Assembly: GCA_902538185.1 (NCBI GenBank)
Contig: CACBED010000002.1
Span: 1 to 58,958 of the forward strand
Origin: an uncultured OCS116 cluster bacterium
GTDB lineage: Bacteria; Pseudomonadota; Alphaproteobacteria; Rhizobiales; TMED25
Length of the DNA stretch: 58,958 nucleotides
Reading direction: 5' to 3'
In this document: in pieces, positions 46,887 through 57,941 of the stretch
Numbering within the stretch: the first letter of the stretch is position 1
Layout of the letters: the number at the start of each line of letters is the position of its first letter
Made by a program: the position numbers and the translations under genes
Notes under the pieces: model-generated
The model's input: only the letters and a program-made list of their open reading frames with translations
Databases searched by the model: none
What the model was told of the DNA's origin: nothing

Positions 46887-47828
46887 CTATGTAGCATTTT
46901 TAAGTTTGATAAAATCCTCATCCGCATGAAAAGATGAACGCGTAAAAGGACTTGCAGAAACCATCTTGAAACCTTTTGATTTTGCAATTGATGCGTAGCT
47001 TTCAAAAATGTCAGGGCGCACGTACTCCATAACTTTTGCATGTTTTGTCGTTGGTTGTAGATATTGACCTATTGTTATAAAATCGACATTTGCAGAAATC
47101 ATATCGTCCATCACCTGCAAAACCTCTTCTCTTTTTTCACCTAAGCCAACCATTATTCCAGACTTTGTAAATATTGAATTATCCCTATTTTTTATTTCTT
47201 TCAATAAATTCAATGAATGAAAGTATCGAGCGCCAGGTCGGATGCTCAGATACAATGAAGGAACCGTCTCAAGGTTATGATTAAAGACATCCGGCTTTTG
47301 CTTCATTAAGATATCAATTGCTCTATCTTTCCTTAAAAAATCTGGTGTTAAAATCTCAATTGTCGTAGATGGAGATATCTTTCTAATATTAGCTATGACA
47401 TCTACAAAATGTTGTGCTCCACCATCTTCCAGATCATCTCTGTCAACTGAGGTTATGACAACGTGCCTGAGATCCATTTTTTTTACTGCGTTCGCGACAG
47501 ATAATGCCTCATTTTGATCAATGGGCTCTGGTATCCCAGTTTTAACATTACAAAAGGAGCAGGCACGGGTACAAGTGTCGCCCAGTATCATAAAAGTTGC
47601 ATGTTTCTTATCCCAACAATCCGATACATTTGGACAAGCCGCTTCTTGGCAAACCGTTACAAGATTATTCTCCTTGATAATTTTATGTGTTTCAAGATAG
47701 TTAGCTGAATTCCTATATCTGACTTTAATCCAAGACGGTTTCTTCCCGCTTGGGTTTGGTGATTTATTACGAAATTGTGGATGACGTAATTTAACTGGCT
47801 GATTAAATTTATTTATTATATTTACCAT
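46887..47828 (-). CDS. lipA: Lipoyl synthase
   Basis: '[15 protein letters not shown]', radical-SAM 'CTRACSFC', 'HNLETV', 'RSSFHA'. Confidence 0.97.
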   Translation of the reverse strand: MVNIINKFNQPVKLRHPQFRNKSPNPSGKKPSWIKVRYRNSANYLETHKIIKENNLVTVCQEAACPNVSDCWDKKHATFMILGDTCTRACSFCNVKTGIPEPIDQNEALSVANAVKKMDLRHVVITSVDRDDLEDGGAQHFVDVIANIRKISPSTTIEILTPDFLRKDRAIDILMKQKPDVFNHNLETVPSLYLSIRPGARYFHSLNLLKEIKNRDNSIFTKSGIMVGLGEKREEVLQVMDDMISANVDFITIGQYLQPTTKHAKVMEYVRPDIFESYASIAKSKGFKMVSASPFTRSSFHADEDFIKLKNAT

Positions 47829-47830
47829 AA

Positions 47831-49228
47831 TTATTTGTAATGAATTGGAATATCATATGCGCTGAGAACAGCTTCATGCATTGACTCTGAAATCGTTGGG
47901 TGAGGAAATATTGTATTTATAATATCTTCTTCGGTACCCTCCATATTTTTTGCAATAGCATAACCATGAATTAGCTCCGTAACACCGTCCCCAATCATGT
48001 GCGCACCAAGCAGTTCACCGGTAGTACTCTCATATATTACTTTCACGAAACCTGTATCATTCGAGATCGCCTTGGCCTTCCCATTTGCAATTAACGGGAA
48101 TTTACCAACTTTAACGGAGCTGTACTTATTTTTTGCTTCATTTTCGGAAAGTCCGATTGATGCAATTTGTGGTGAAGAATATACACATCCAGGTATGTTA
48201 GCCTTTTCAATTGTATGTGTCTGGATGCCCGATATATGCTCCGCTGCAATTATGCCCTCATGAGATGCTTTATGAGCCAACCACGGCGCCCCTGCAACAT
48301 CGCCAATTGCGTAGATATTTTTTACATTTGTTTGCATAAACTCGTTTGTTGAAATGTGACCATCACTAACATTTATACTATTATGCTCTAAACCAATATC
48401 TTCAATATTGCCAGTTATTCCAACAGCCATTACGACTTTATCAGCATTCAGTTTGCTACGCTTCTTATTACTATTATGTATCAACTCTAAATTTAGGGTA
48501 TTCCTACTTTTTATTATAGAGTCCACATAGGAACCTAAGTGAAATTTTATGCCTTGTTTCTCAAATTCAGCCTTAGCATACTCGGATACCTCTTCATCCT
48601 CATTCGGAAGAATTCTATCAGCTAGCTCTACTAGATCCACGTTAACCCCTATCGCGTTATAAAAATTAGCAAATTCTATTCCAATTGCTCCTGATCCAAT
48701 CACAACAATTGATTTCGGCATCTTATCTGGCACCATTGCTTGTTTATAAGACCAAACATCTTCGCTAAAGTTTATACCAGGTAATTCTTTTGGGCGTGCA
48801 CCAGTTGAAATAATAATATTATTTGTTGATATAATAGTTTCTTTTTTATCAGATTGAACCTTGATCGTGTTGTTATCTATGATATGGCCATATCCAGTAA
48901 TTAAATCAATTTTATTCTTTTTTAATAGGTAACCAATACCTTGAGAGAGGTCATTAGCCACTCCACGAGATCGATCAATAATATTGTTAAAATTAAAGCT
49001 TACATTTTCAGCCGTTACTCCATAATAATCTGACTTTTTCATGGTGGAATAAACTTCTGATGATTTCAAAAGTGCCTTTGTTGGTATGCAGCCCCAATTT
49101 AGACAAATACCACCAAGTTTATCTTTTTCAATTATTGCTGTCTTGTGTCCCAATTGAGCAGAACGGATTGCTGCGACATAGCCTCCGGGGCCGGAGCCAA
49201 TAATGGTTACATCATATTTTAAATCCAT
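47831..49228 (-). CDS. lpdA: Dihydrolipoyl dehydrogenase (E3)
   Basis: 'IGSGPGGY', '[13 protein letters not shown]', 'GSGAIG', 'HPTISE'. Confidence 0.97.
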   Translation of the reverse strand: MDLKYDVTIIGSGPGGYVAAIRSAQLGHKTAIIEKDKLGGICLNWGCIPTKALLKSSEVYSTMKKSDYYGVTAENVSFNFNNIIDRSRGVANDLSQGIGYLLKKNKIDLITGYGHIIDNNTIKVQSDKKETIISTNNIIISTGARPKELPGINFSEDVWSYKQAMVPDKMPKSIVVIGSGAIGIEFANFYNAIGVNVDLVELADRILPNEDEEVSEYAKAEFEKQGIKFHLGSYVDSIIKSRNTLNLELIHNSNKKRSKLNADKVVMAVGITGNIEDIGLEHNSINVSDGHISTNEFMQTNVKNIYAIGDVAGAPWLAHKASHEGIIAAEHISGIQTHTIEKANIPGCVYSSPQIASIGLSENEAKNKYSSVKVGKFPLIANGKAKAISNDTGFVKVIYESTTGELLGAHMIGDGVTELIHGYAIAKNMEGTEEDIINTIFPHPTISESMHEAVLSAYDIPIHYK

Positions 49229-49248
49229 TTAACTTTCCATGTGATAAT

Positions 49249-50595
49249 TTATAGTAACATAAGGTTTGGGTTTTCAATTAGTCGCTTCATGAATGCAAGA
49301 AATTTTGCACCAACTGCCCCATCAATTAATCTGTGATCAGCAGTAAGTGTTATAGAAATTAGTTCATCTATATTCACAGCATCGTCAATTATAACTGGAA
49401 CTTTCCGTGATGCTCCAATTGATAGTATTGATGATTGCGGCGGATTAATGATTGATGTGAAACTCTTAATGCCATATGAACCAAGGTTTGAAATTGAAAT
49501 TGTCCCACCTTGATATTCCGATGGGATTAATCTCTTCTCTCGAGCCCTTGAAATAAGATCTTGAATTTCAGTACTAATTTTGTGCAGTCCTTTATTTTCA
49601 ACATTCCTTATGATTGGTGTGATCAGCCCATTCTCTATCGCAACAGCTAAGCCGATATCCGTTGAATTATATGAATGGATTTGATCTCCTTCCCATGATG
49701 CATTTACCTCTGGCGTATGCAACATCGCCATTGAGGTTATTTTAATTAAAAAATGATTGAATGATAATTTTATTTCATCAAGCATATCATCATTCATTTT
49801 TTTTCTCACTTCGTTTAGCTTCTTTATACTTGCGTCAATATTTAGCGTGTATGAGGGTATCGTTGAGTTTGACTGCTGTAATCGTTCTGCGATAACTGAT
49901 CTCATCGTGTCTATCGGTGTCGCAGTATAATTTAAATTATTACCTTCATTTATTATATCAGCCTTTGTTAATGGACTGCTATCTTCAAGTCTCAGCCCGG
50001 ACTCCAAACTTACACCGCTTTCAAGTTTTAAATTATTTCCAACGCTTGTCTGTGTGGACACATTGTCGTCAGGGTTATGGGCCTCAACGTCTTTCTTGAG
50101 TATTCTACCGTTTGGACCTGTTCCACGAATATCTGTGAGCTCTATACCGTTATCTTCGGCAATCCTTTTTGCGATGGGGCTTATAAATATTCTATTTCCA
50201 TCATCGATATCAGTCTCTTTTATGTCAATTTCGTTGACCAATTCTCGAACCACATCTTCACCGCTCTCTTCATCTATGATAGAATTTTCATTATCATCTG
50301 TTGCTTCCATATTCGTGTTGTTACTTGTATCCAAATCTTCAATGGTATCATTTTCAGACTCCAGTATTATGGCTATTGGCTCATTAACTTTTACATCAAC
50401 AGAACCTTCTGCAATCAGTATTTTTCCTAAAATACCCTCGTCCGCTGACTCAAATTCCATTACGGCCTTATCTGTCTCAATTTCAGCAATGATATCACCG
50501 GATAATATCTGATCACCCTCTGCCTTATGCCACTTAACAATATTACCCATTTCCATTGTTGGAGATAATGCTGGCATATAAATAGTTATTGACAT
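49249..50595 (-). CDS. pdhC: Pyruvate dehydrogenase E2 (dihydrolipoamide acetyltransferase)
   Basis: Lipoyl domain 'EIETDKA', E3-binding 'ISPIAKR...GTGPNGRI', catalytic 'DHRLIDG'. Confidence 0.96.
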   Translation of the reverse strand: MSITIYMPALSPTMEMGNIVKWHKAEGDQILSGDIIAEIETDKAVMEFESADEGILGKILIAEGSVDVKVNEPIAIILESENDTIEDLDTSNNTNMEATDDNENSIIDEESGEDVVRELVNEIDIKETDIDDGNRIFISPIAKRIAEDNGIELTDIRGTGPNGRILKKDVEAHNPDDNVSTQTSVGNNLKLESGVSLESGLRLEDSSPLTKADIINEGNNLNYTATPIDTMRSVIAERLQQSNSTIPSYTLNIDASIKKLNEVRKKMNDDMLDEIKLSFNHFLIKITSMAMLHTPEVNASWEGDQIHSYNSTDIGLAVAIENGLITPIIRNVENKGLHKISTEIQDLISRAREKRLIPSEYQGGTISISNLGSYGIKSFTSIINPPQSSILSIGASRKVPVIIDDAVNIDELISITLTADHRLIDGAVGAKFLAFMKRLIENPNLMLL

Positions 50596-50605
50596 TTGTA
50601 GCTCC

Positions 50606-51925
50606 TTATTTGACTAAACTTTCAACAATCTTGATCAATTCATCTTCTGATGGCAATGCTAAATTCTCTAAATTCTCTGCGTATGGCATTGGAACGTCTT
50701 TACCTGTAAGGCGTAAAACAGGGGCATCAAGCCAGTCAAAAGCATTTTCCATTATCACAGATGTAATTTCCGATGATACCCCGGATTGTGACCAACCTTG
50801 TTCAACAACAACACATTTATTTGTTTTCCGTATTGAACTGATAATTGCTTTCGTATCTAGTGGTTTAATCGTTCTTAAATCAAGAACCTCACAATCGATA
50901 TTTTTATTGGCTAATTTTTTTGATGCTTCAAGACACATTTTTAGTGAAATGGAATGGGAAATTAAGGTTATATCAGAGCCTTCCTTGAGTATTTTTGCCT
51001 TCCCAATTGGAATTATATCATCATTATCATCGATCATCGGCTCTTGCTCAGAGTATAAGATCTCATTTTCAAGAAAGATGACTGGATTTGGATCTCTGAT
51101 GGCAGCCTTGAGCAGTCCCTTATGATCTCTTGCAGAGAAAGGTGATATAACTTTTAGCCCCGGTATATGTGAAAACCAAGCCGTTAAATCTTGACTGTGC
51201 TGCGCGGCAACTCTTGCTGCCGCTCCATTTGGTCCACGAAATACTATTGGGCAGTTTAGTTGTCCACCGCCCATATAAAGTGTTTTAGCCGCTGAATTGA
51301 TTATATGATCCATTGCCTGAAGAGAAAAATTAAAAGTCATAAATTCTACAACAGGTTTTAATCCAGAAAAAGATGCCCCGATTGCTAAACCTGCAAAACC
51401 ATTTTCGGTAATAGGAGTATCGATTACTCTTGAAGCGCCAAATTCCTGAAGCAAACCCTGAGTTACTTTATAGGCACCCTGATATTCAGCTACTTCTTCG
51501 CCCATCACGAATACATTCTTGTCACTTCGCATCTCTTCAGCAATAGCGTCCCTGATGGCCTCTCGAACCGATATCTTGTCTTGTTTTTTGTCTTGATCAA
51601 TGACTCGGTCTTTTGTGATTTTCTTCTTAGGTTGATCATCTATAGTATTCGTGAATAACTTCCCTTTGAGTTTTTCTGTAGTACTATTTGTTTCAATTAT
51701 TGCTATGGGTGTTTTAACTGCTATTTGATCTTGACCATTTTCGACCAGAAACTCAGATATGATACCTTCAATTTGACTTTCAACTTCCATTGATGCTTTA
51801 TCGGTTTCTATTTCAGCAATTGGGTCACCAATTTTTAGCTGATCACCGACTTTTACAAGCCACTTTGTTAAGGTACCTTCAGTCATACTGGGTGACATTG
51901 CGGGCATGTAAATTTCAGTTTTCAT
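50606..51925 (-). CDS. pdhB: Pyruvate dehydrogenase E1 beta subunit with N-terminal lipoyl domain
   Basis: 'EIETDKA', then '[14 protein letters not shown]', 'DTPITE', 'AAQHSQ'. Confidence 0.96.
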   Translation of the reverse strand: MKTEIYMPAMSPSMTEGTLTKWLVKVGDQLKIGDPIAEIETDKASMEVESQIEGIISEFLVENGQDQIAVKTPIAIIETNSTTEKLKGKLFTNTIDDQPKKKITKDRVIDQDKKQDKISVREAIRDAIAEEMRSDKNVFVMGEEVAEYQGAYKVTQGLLQEFGASRVIDTPITENGFAGLAIGASFSGLKPVVEFMTFNFSLQAMDHIINSAAKTLYMGGGQLNCPIVFRGPNGAAARVAAQHSQDLTAWFSHIPGLKVISPFSARDHKGLLKAAIRDPNPVIFLENEILYSEQEPMIDDNDDIIPIGKAKILKEGSDITLISHSISLKMCLEASKKLANKNIDCEVLDLRTIKPLDTKAIISSIRKTNKCVVVEQGWSQSGVSSEITSVIMENAFDWLDAPVLRLTGKDVPMPYAENLENLALPSEDELIKIVESLVK

Positions 51926-51933
51926 TACAAATC

Positions 51934-52923
51934 CTATTGGTAGACATCAACAAACAACTCAGACGAATCAGGTAATGGACTATCTGCGGCAAATTGAGCT
52001 GATTGATCAACTATTTGCTTGATTTCAGCATTTAATAATTGTAATTTCTCTTCTGTAAGATAGCTATTCTCGATTATTGAATTCTTAAGGCTCTCTATTG
52101 GGTCAGAGTGATCTCTTACCTCTTTTACCTCATCGCGAGTCCTATATTGCGCAGGATCAGACATTGAATGACCCCTGTACCTATATGTAAGCATTTCTAA
52201 TATGTATGGTCCTTCATTATTTCTAACTTTTGTTACAGCCCTTCTTCCAGCATCTATAACAGACTCAATATCCATGCCATTAACCTGCTCACCTTCAATC
52301 CCAAAACTTATTCCCCTTTGGGATAAATCTTTCTGAGCTGATGAACGTTGCACTGAAGTTCCCATTGCATACCTATTATTTTCTATTACATAAATACAGG
52401 GGAGTTCCCATAATTTAGCCATATTAAAACTTTCATATACCTGACCTTGATTAGCTGCACCATCACCAAAATAAGTCAGGGTAATAGCTTTATTTTTTTT
52501 ATATTTGTTTGAAAATGCCAAACCAGTACCGAGTGGAACAGACGCACCAACAATACCATGTCCACCAAAAAAATTTGCTTCTTTTGAAAACATATGCATT
52601 GAGCCGCCTTTTCCTTTCGAATAACCGTCTGCTCGACCGTAAAGTTCTGCCATAACGCCATTTGGACTCATGCCACAAGCTAGCATATGTCCATGATCTC
52701 GATAAGTGGTGATAACCTGATCACCCTCTCTAATACACATTTGTAGACCCACAACAACAGCTTCCTGCCCTATATATAGATGACAGAAACCCCCTATTTG
52801 ACCAAGCCCATATGACTGCCCGGCTTTTTCCTCGAATCTTCTAATTAAAAGCATCCTCTTGTATGCTTCAATTGCATCAGATTTAGATAGTTTTCTGTTG
52901 GTTTTTTTAGTTCTATTTATCAT
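51934..52923 (-). CDS. pdhA: Pyruvate dehydrogenase E1 alpha subunit
   Basis: '[12 protein letters not shown]', TPP motif 'FGDGAANQG...NN', '[11 protein letters not shown]'. Confidence 0.97.
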   Translation of the reverse strand: MINRTKKTNRKLSKSDAIEAYKRMLLIRRFEEKAGQSYGLGQIGGFCHLYIGQEAVVVGLQMCIREGDQVITTYRDHGHMLACGMSPNGVMAELYGRADGYSKGKGGSMHMFSKEANFFGGHGIVGASVPLGTGLAFSNKYKKNKAITLTYFGDGAANQGQVYESFNMAKLWELPCIYVIENNRYAMGTSVQRSSAQKDLSQRGISFGIEGEQVNGMDIESVIDAGRRAVTKVRNNEGPYILEMLTYRYRGHSMSDPAQYRTRDEVKEVRDHSDPIESLKNSIIENSYLTEEKLQLLNAEIKQIVDQSAQFAADSPLPDSSELFVDVYQ

Positions 52924-53021
52924 AAAGAAAGTACTTAATGTTTATATTATACATATATAATTATTACAAATATACAAAATTGGCAAAAATTAGAATGATC
53001 GTTCGAATTTTGTTAATTAAA

Positions 53022-53324
53022 TTACTTAACTATAATAATTTCTTCCGGGTGTGCATAATATAATATCTTTTTTGCTTTCTCTTGTAACATATCAGCGTCT
53101 ATATTTTTCTCTAATAGAGATATATGTTTTTCCAACAAAAGCCTTTCCTCTTTTACCCCGGCCAAATCAGCATGTAATTCATTTAACTGACTTTTGAGAA
53201 CTGCATTTTTAGACAGACCCGAGTCGCCTATAAAAGTGTGATAGGAAATATACCCGAGAAAAAAAACTAACAATAATGGCAGCAGCAACTTTAAGGCATA
53301 TTTTTTTAATCTAAGCACTAGCAT
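53022..53324 (-). CDS. ftsB: Septum formation initiator FtsB/DivIC
   Basis: One TM, 'G.SG', coiled coil, 'DADMLQEKAK..L.Y..PEEII'. Position between eno and pdhA. Confidence 0.88.
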   Translation of the reverse strand: MLVLRLKKYALKLLLPLLLVFFLGYISYHTFIGDSGLSKNAVLKSQLNELHADLAGVKEERLLLEKHISLLEKNIDADMLQEKAKKILYYAHPEEIIIVK

Positions 53325-53358
53325 AAATATTTTGTATTAGATAAATTTTAAGATTTAA

Positions 53359-54639
53359 TTAAATATATTTACTAAATTCACTCAGACCGGGATAGTAACA
53401 TCTATCACCAAGCTCTTCTTCAATTCTTAATAATTGATTATATTTCGCAGTGCGATCGGATCTAGACAGGGAACCAGTTTTTATCTGACCTGCATTAGTC
53501 GCAACTGATAAATCAGCGATTGTTGTGTCTTCAGTTTCACCGGATCTATGTGATATAACACAAGAGTAATCATGGCTCTTTGCTATATCAATTGCATTTA
53601 GTGTTTCTGTAAGTGTTCCTATTTGGTTAACCTTAATGAGTATTGAATTTGCAACATCTGAATTTATTCCCTTTAAAAATCTCTGTTCGTTCGTAACAAA
53701 CAAGTCATCACCAACTAACTGACACTTACCGCCGATTGAGCTTGTTAATTTTTTCCAACCGTCCCAATCATCCTCAGACATCGCATCTTCAATTGAGATT
53801 ATTGGATAATCTTTTATTAATTGTTCATAAAAATTGATCATACCTTCAACGGTTTCTGCTTCTCCTTGAGGCTCGATTTGATATTTATCATCGTCAAAGA
53901 ATTCACTCGAGGCAGCATCTAGTGCAAGAAAAATATCTTTACCGCTGGTATAGCCAGCATCAGAAATTGACTTGATAATAATTTCTATTGCATCTCTTGC
54001 GCTCGCGAGATTTGGAGCGAAGCCACCTTCGTCACCAATAGATGTACCTAGTGATTTTAATTTGAGGTTTTCTTTCAGATATTTGAACACTTCAGCACCT
54101 GCCCTCAGAGACTCCCGGAATGAATTAAAATTAGCAGGAATTATCATAAATTCTTGTATGTTAATAGGATTATCCGCATGGGCTCCTCCATTTAAAATAT
54201 TCATCATAGGCACTGGTAATTTAAAATCTTTACTATCTGCTAGATATTCATACAGTTTTTTATTTTCATATATTGAAGCTGCTTTTGCAATTGCGATAGA
54301 TACAGCTAATATTGCATTTGCACCAAGTCTACTCTTATTTTCTGTACCATCTAAATCAACTAAAATTTTATCAATATCCGACTGGTTGAATGGACTTAAG
54401 CCAGTTAGGGACTCATTGATTTCCGTATTGATGTTATAAACAGCTTTCATTACACCCATACCTTTATATCTATCATCACCGTCCCGTAATTCTACGGCCT
54501 CATGTATTCCAGTTGAAGCTCCAGAAGGTACAGAATATCGTGACTGAACACCGTTATTTAAAATAACATCTGCTTCAACCGTAGGGTTTCCCCTACTGTC
54601 TAATATCTCACGCCCTATAATCTTTAATATTTTTGACAT
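53359..54639 (-). CDS. eno: Enolase
   Basis: '[13 protein letters not shown]', 'VPSGASTG', 'GDEGGFAP', 'SHRSGET'. RBS GAAGGA before ATG 54639. Confidence 0.97.
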   Translation of the reverse strand: MSKILKIIGREILDSRGNPTVEADVILNNGVQSRYSVPSGASTGIHEAVELRDGDDRYKGMGVMKAVYNINTEINESLTGLSPFNQSDIDKILVDLDGTENKSRLGANAILAVSIAIAKAASIYENKKLYEYLADSKDFKLPVPMMNILNGGAHADNPINIQEFMIIPANFNSFRESLRAGAEVFKYLKENLKLKSLGTSIGDEGGFAPNLASARDAIEIIIKSISDAGYTSGKDIFLALDAASSEFFDDDKYQIEPQGEAETVEGMINFYEQLIKDYPIISIEDAMSEDDWDGWKKLTSSIGGKCQLVGDDLFVTNEQRFLKGINSDVANSILIKVNQIGTLTETLNAIDIAKSHDYSCVISHRSGETEDTTIADLSVATNAGQIKTGSLSRSDRTAKYNQLLRIEEELGDRCYYPGLSEFSKYI

Positions 54640-54652
54640 TCCTTCACCTATT

Positions 54653-55477
54653 CTAACTCTTGAAATTTTTCGATAACTTATCAAATTGTATTAACTTTTT
54701 CGCGAGCAAATGGAACTCATTTAAGTCAAGCTGATTATCTGCATCTGATATGGCTGCTGGTGGGCTGTTATGAACTTCAGCGAATACGGCTGATACACCG
54801 ATTGAAACGGCTGCAGTTGATAATGACTCTATAAATTCCTTTTGACCTCCACTACTCTCTCCACCACCAGGTAATTGGACTGAATGTGTGGCATCAAAAA
54901 TTATTGGAAAATCAAGTTTTTTCATGATTTCGATAGATCGAAAATCTACAACTAGATTGTTGTAACCAAAACTATACCCTCTTTCCGTTAGGCATATATT
55001 AGCATTGGACTGAGAAAGTATTTTTTCTGCTGAGTATTTTATATCCCATGGTGACATAAATTGAGATTTTTTAATATTCACAGGCTTCTGTGTATTTGCA
55101 GCAGCTAAAATTAAGTCTGTTTGCCTTGCAAGGAAAGCAGGTATTTGCAAAACATCGACATAATCTTTAATAATATCACACTGCTCAGGTTCATGCACAT
55201 CAGTTAATATTGGTAGACCAGTTTCTTCTTTGATTGTCTCGAATATATCCAATGAATCATCTAAACCAACACCTCTTTTTGATTTAATACTCGTTCTATT
55301 TGCTTTATCAAAAGAGCTTTTAAATATAAGTCCTACATCAAGTTCAGTTGATATTTTCTTTAAACTGCGCGCCATTGATAACGCATGTGACCTAGACTCC
55401 ATTGCACATGGACCTGCTATAAATACTAAAGGTCCATTATTTGATATTTCTAGTTTACCTATTTTTATTGAGCTCAA
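54653..55477 (-). CDS. kdsA: KDO 8-phosphate synthase
   Basis: 'IAGPC', '[10 protein letters not shown]', '[11 protein letters not shown]', 'DATHSVQ'. TTG start with AAGGAG RBS. Confidence 0.96.
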   Translation of the reverse strand: MSSIKIGKLEISNNGPLVFIAGPCAMESRSHALSMARSLKKISTELDVGLIFKSSFDKANRTSIKSKRGVGLDDSLDIFETIKEETGLPILTDVHEPEQCDIIKDYVDVLQIPAFLARQTDLILAAANTQKPVNIKKSQFMSPWDIKYSAEKILSQSNANICLTERGYSFGYNNLVVDFRSIEIMKKLDFPIIFDATHSVQLPGGGESSGGQKEFIESLSTAAVSIGVSAVFAEVHNSPPAAISDADNQLDLNEFHLLAKKLIQFDKLSKNFKS

Positions 55478-55491
55478 TATGAATCTCCTTT

Positions 55492-56565
55492 TTAAAATAT
55501 GTGAACAAACCGCTCATCTACAGTTAGTCCAATATTATCATTAATTCTGATAGACGATATACCGGGAACAGTAATTTTTACAATATCTTCTGAATCTATT
55601 GGCGTTAGTTGAATTCTTGTATTTTCCCCTGTAAAGTCAATCTGCTTTACAATATAGCAATTTTTTTTTGAAGGTGCTGCCAGGTTAAAGGCTTGATCCC
55701 TAATAAGTACCTTTACTTCATTACCCTCGTCAATATTCGTAACGCTAAACTCCCCAAATGGCGTTTGCGCTTTTTTGTTCTGAACCTTTGTTTTGTAAGT
55801 ATTTACATTCGAGAATGTGCTGACTGTATAGTCATTTATAGGTTTAAAAATTAGTTCATCATTAGAACCAATTTGGATTATCTTCCCATCTCTCATTAGA
55901 GCAATCCTATCCCCCATTAGCATCGCTTCTTCTGGATCGTGTGTAACCAAAACTACAGCAGATTCACTATTTCTTAAAACAGAAATTGTTTCCTCTCTAA
56001 TATACTCCCTTAACGATCTATCCAAGCCCGAAAATGGTTCATCCATGAGAAGTATTATAGGCTCAGGTGCAGTTGCTCTTGCAAGGGCAACTCTTTGCTG
56101 TTCTCCGCCTGATAACTCATGAGGATATTTTTCGGAATAATGTATAAGACCGAGATCCATCAGTACTTTATCAATTTTTAATTTTTTTTGTAGCTTATTT
56201 AAATCTTTTAGCCCATATGCAATATTTTGATACACAGTCATGTGAGGAAATAATGCATAATCTTGGAAAATTAGACTGATCGGCCTTGACTCTGGGGGTA
56301 TATTAATCTTGCTTGATGAAATAGGCTCTTCATTGATGAAAATTTCACCTACATCTTGTTTGTCTAAACCGCTTAATACTCGTAACAGTGAAGTCTTGCC
56401 ACAACCAGAGTCACCTAAAAGACAGAGAACTTCACCTGGGAAAAGACTAAATGAAACATCATCAAGTATCTTATTATCACCATTTGTCCATGATATGGAA
56501 TCAACGCGTAATCTTGGAGCGCACAAGTAATTTACAATTTTTTTCATAACTTTTTTATTACCCAT
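55492..56565 (-). CDS. ABC transporter ATP-binding protein, FbpC/PotA-like with C-terminal TOBE region
   Basis: GDSGCGKT, 'FQDYALFPH', 'LSGGEQQRVALAR', 'DEPFSGLD', 'VTHDPEEA'. Confidence 0.88.
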   Translation of the reverse strand: MGNKKVMKKIVNYLCAPRLRVDSISWTNGDNKILDDVSFSLFPGEVLCLLGDSGCGKTSLLRVLSGLDKQDVGEIFINEEPISSSKINIPPESRPISLIFQDYALFPHMTVYQNIAYGLKDLNKLQKKLKIDKVLMDLGLIHYSEKYPHELSGGEQQRVALARATAPEPIILLMDEPFSGLDRSLREYIREETISVLRNSESAVVLVTHDPEEAMLMGDRIALMRDGKIIQIGSNDELIFKPINDYTVSTFSNVNTYKTKVQNKKAQTPFGEFSVTNIDEGNEVKVLIRDQAFNLAAPSKKNCYIVKQIDFTGENTRIQLTPIDSEDIVKITVPGISSIRINDNIGLTVDERFVHIF

Positions 56566-57177
56566 TCATGAGCTATCTTCATACCCAGAGAGTAGGCCCT
56601 CTCTCCTAAGCTCACTAAGTTTTGGCAGATCATTTATATCACTAAGATTAAAATCTAAAAGAAACTTTTTTGTTGTTTTATATACCAATGGACGGCCGGG
56701 AACATCTTTTTTTCCAGAAATTTCAATCCAATTATATCCAAGTAGAACATCCAGTGAACCCTTACTTGAGGACACGCCCCTTATCTCCTCAATTTCAGAT
56801 CTTGTTGTGGGCTGATGATAAGCAATTATTGCGAGTGTTTCTTTCGCCGCTTTCGAGAGATCACGCGTTTCTTCGAATTCATCCACTAAGGCGGCCTTGA
56901 TCATTGGTGAAGTTTGAAAAATACAATAATTATCGTTATATTCAAAATTCACACCCCGATTATCATAATGTGCTCTAAGTTTATCCATGAGCTCACGTAG
57001 GTAAGCCTTATCTGTCTTTGAGATTTTAGTTAGAAGATATTCTATATGAATTGGCTCTCTACTTGCAAAAACTATTGCCTCTATAATATGCAAATCATCG
57101 AATTCAGCCACAGCATCATTGTTTAAGACTCTAACATTTGACTTAAGACCAAGTTTTGTCAAAAAATTTTTTTTCAT
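56566..57177 (-). CDS. scpB: SMC-Scp complex subunit ScpB
   Basis: 'IEAIVFAS', 'LSKAAKETLAIIAYHQPTTRSEIEEIRGV', 'PGRP..Y.TT'. Confidence 0.95.
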   Translation of the reverse strand: MKKNFLTKLGLKSNVRVLNNDAVAEFDDLHIIEAIVFASREPIHIEYLLTKISKTDKAYLRELMDKLRAHYDNRGVNFEYNDNYCIFQTSPMIKAALVDEFEETRDLSKAAKETLAIIAYHQPTTRSEIEEIRGVSSSKGSLDVLLGYNWIEISGKKDVPGRPLVYKTTKKFLLDFNLSDINDLPKLSELRREGLLSGYEDSS

Positions 57178-57182
57178 ATTGT

Positions 57183-57938
57183 CTAATCGTTACCTATTTT
57201 TTTGATAAGTATTTCTCCAAATTGTTTCTCTTGTTTCGTATGAGCTTTTTGTTCGTTTACCATATCTAAAAGAACACTAAAGGCACTAGCAGCGATACTT
57301 CTATCATTTTCGGTATATTTATTTTCGCTTACAAGTCGGAAGAAGTTCGCCCATCCAGATATCTTCTGGAAAATATTAGAAAGCAAGTTTTTTGCGTTAT
57401 CTAATGCGAGATAATCTAATTTAAATATTGATATCGACTCCGGCACTCTATCATCTTGCCTATTTATATACGATTTAATGAGATCGAAAATAGACGCATT
57501 ATAAATTAGTTTAGTAACCTCATCAAACTCCTCCGGTATCCCCCTTAAAAACATATCTCTATTTACAATTGGCTTTTCAAAAAGTAATAGGGAGGCAGTT
57601 TTCATTGCATCTAAGCGTTGTATTCTATGCCTAAGTTGTCCTGCTAATTCTTCAGCTGTATACTCTTCTTCCTCATCAATTGGTTCATCTGGTAACAACA
57701 ACTTACTCTTAAGATAAGCAAGCCAAGCAGCCATTACTAAATAATCAGCGGCGATATCTATTTTTAGAGCAGCCTGGCTGTTGATGTAGTTTATGTACTG
57801 CTGTGCCAATTCAAATACTGAGATTTCTTTTAAGTCTACCTTCTGACTTCGCGCCAAGCTAAGCAAAAGATCAATTGGGCCTTCAAATCCCTCAATATCT
57901 ATTATTAAATGATTTTTTACTTCTAAAACGCTACTCAC
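57183..57938 (-). CDS. scpA: Segregation and condensation protein ScpA
   Basis: 'FEGPIDLLL.LA..QKVDL', 'AADYLVMAAWLAYLKSKLLLP', 'Q...FGEI'. Confidence 0.95.
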   Translation of the reverse strand: MSSVLEVKNHLIIDIEGFEGPIDLLLSLARSQKVDLKEISVFELAQQYINYINSQAALKIDIAADYLVMAAWLAYLKSKLLLPDEPIDEEEEYTAEELAGQLRHRIQRLDAMKTASLLLFEKPIVNRDMFLRGIPEEFDEVTKLIYNASIFDLIKSYINRQDDRVPESISIFKLDYLALDNAKNLLSNIFQKISGWANFFRLVSENKYTENDRSIAASAFSVLLDMVNEQKAHTKQEKQFGEILIKKIGND

Positions 57939-57941
57939 TAT

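Noticed and set aside
50606-51925. Lipoyl domain fused to PDH E1 beta as a novelty
   Set aside because: This is an established feature of many alphaproteobacterial PdhB proteins.
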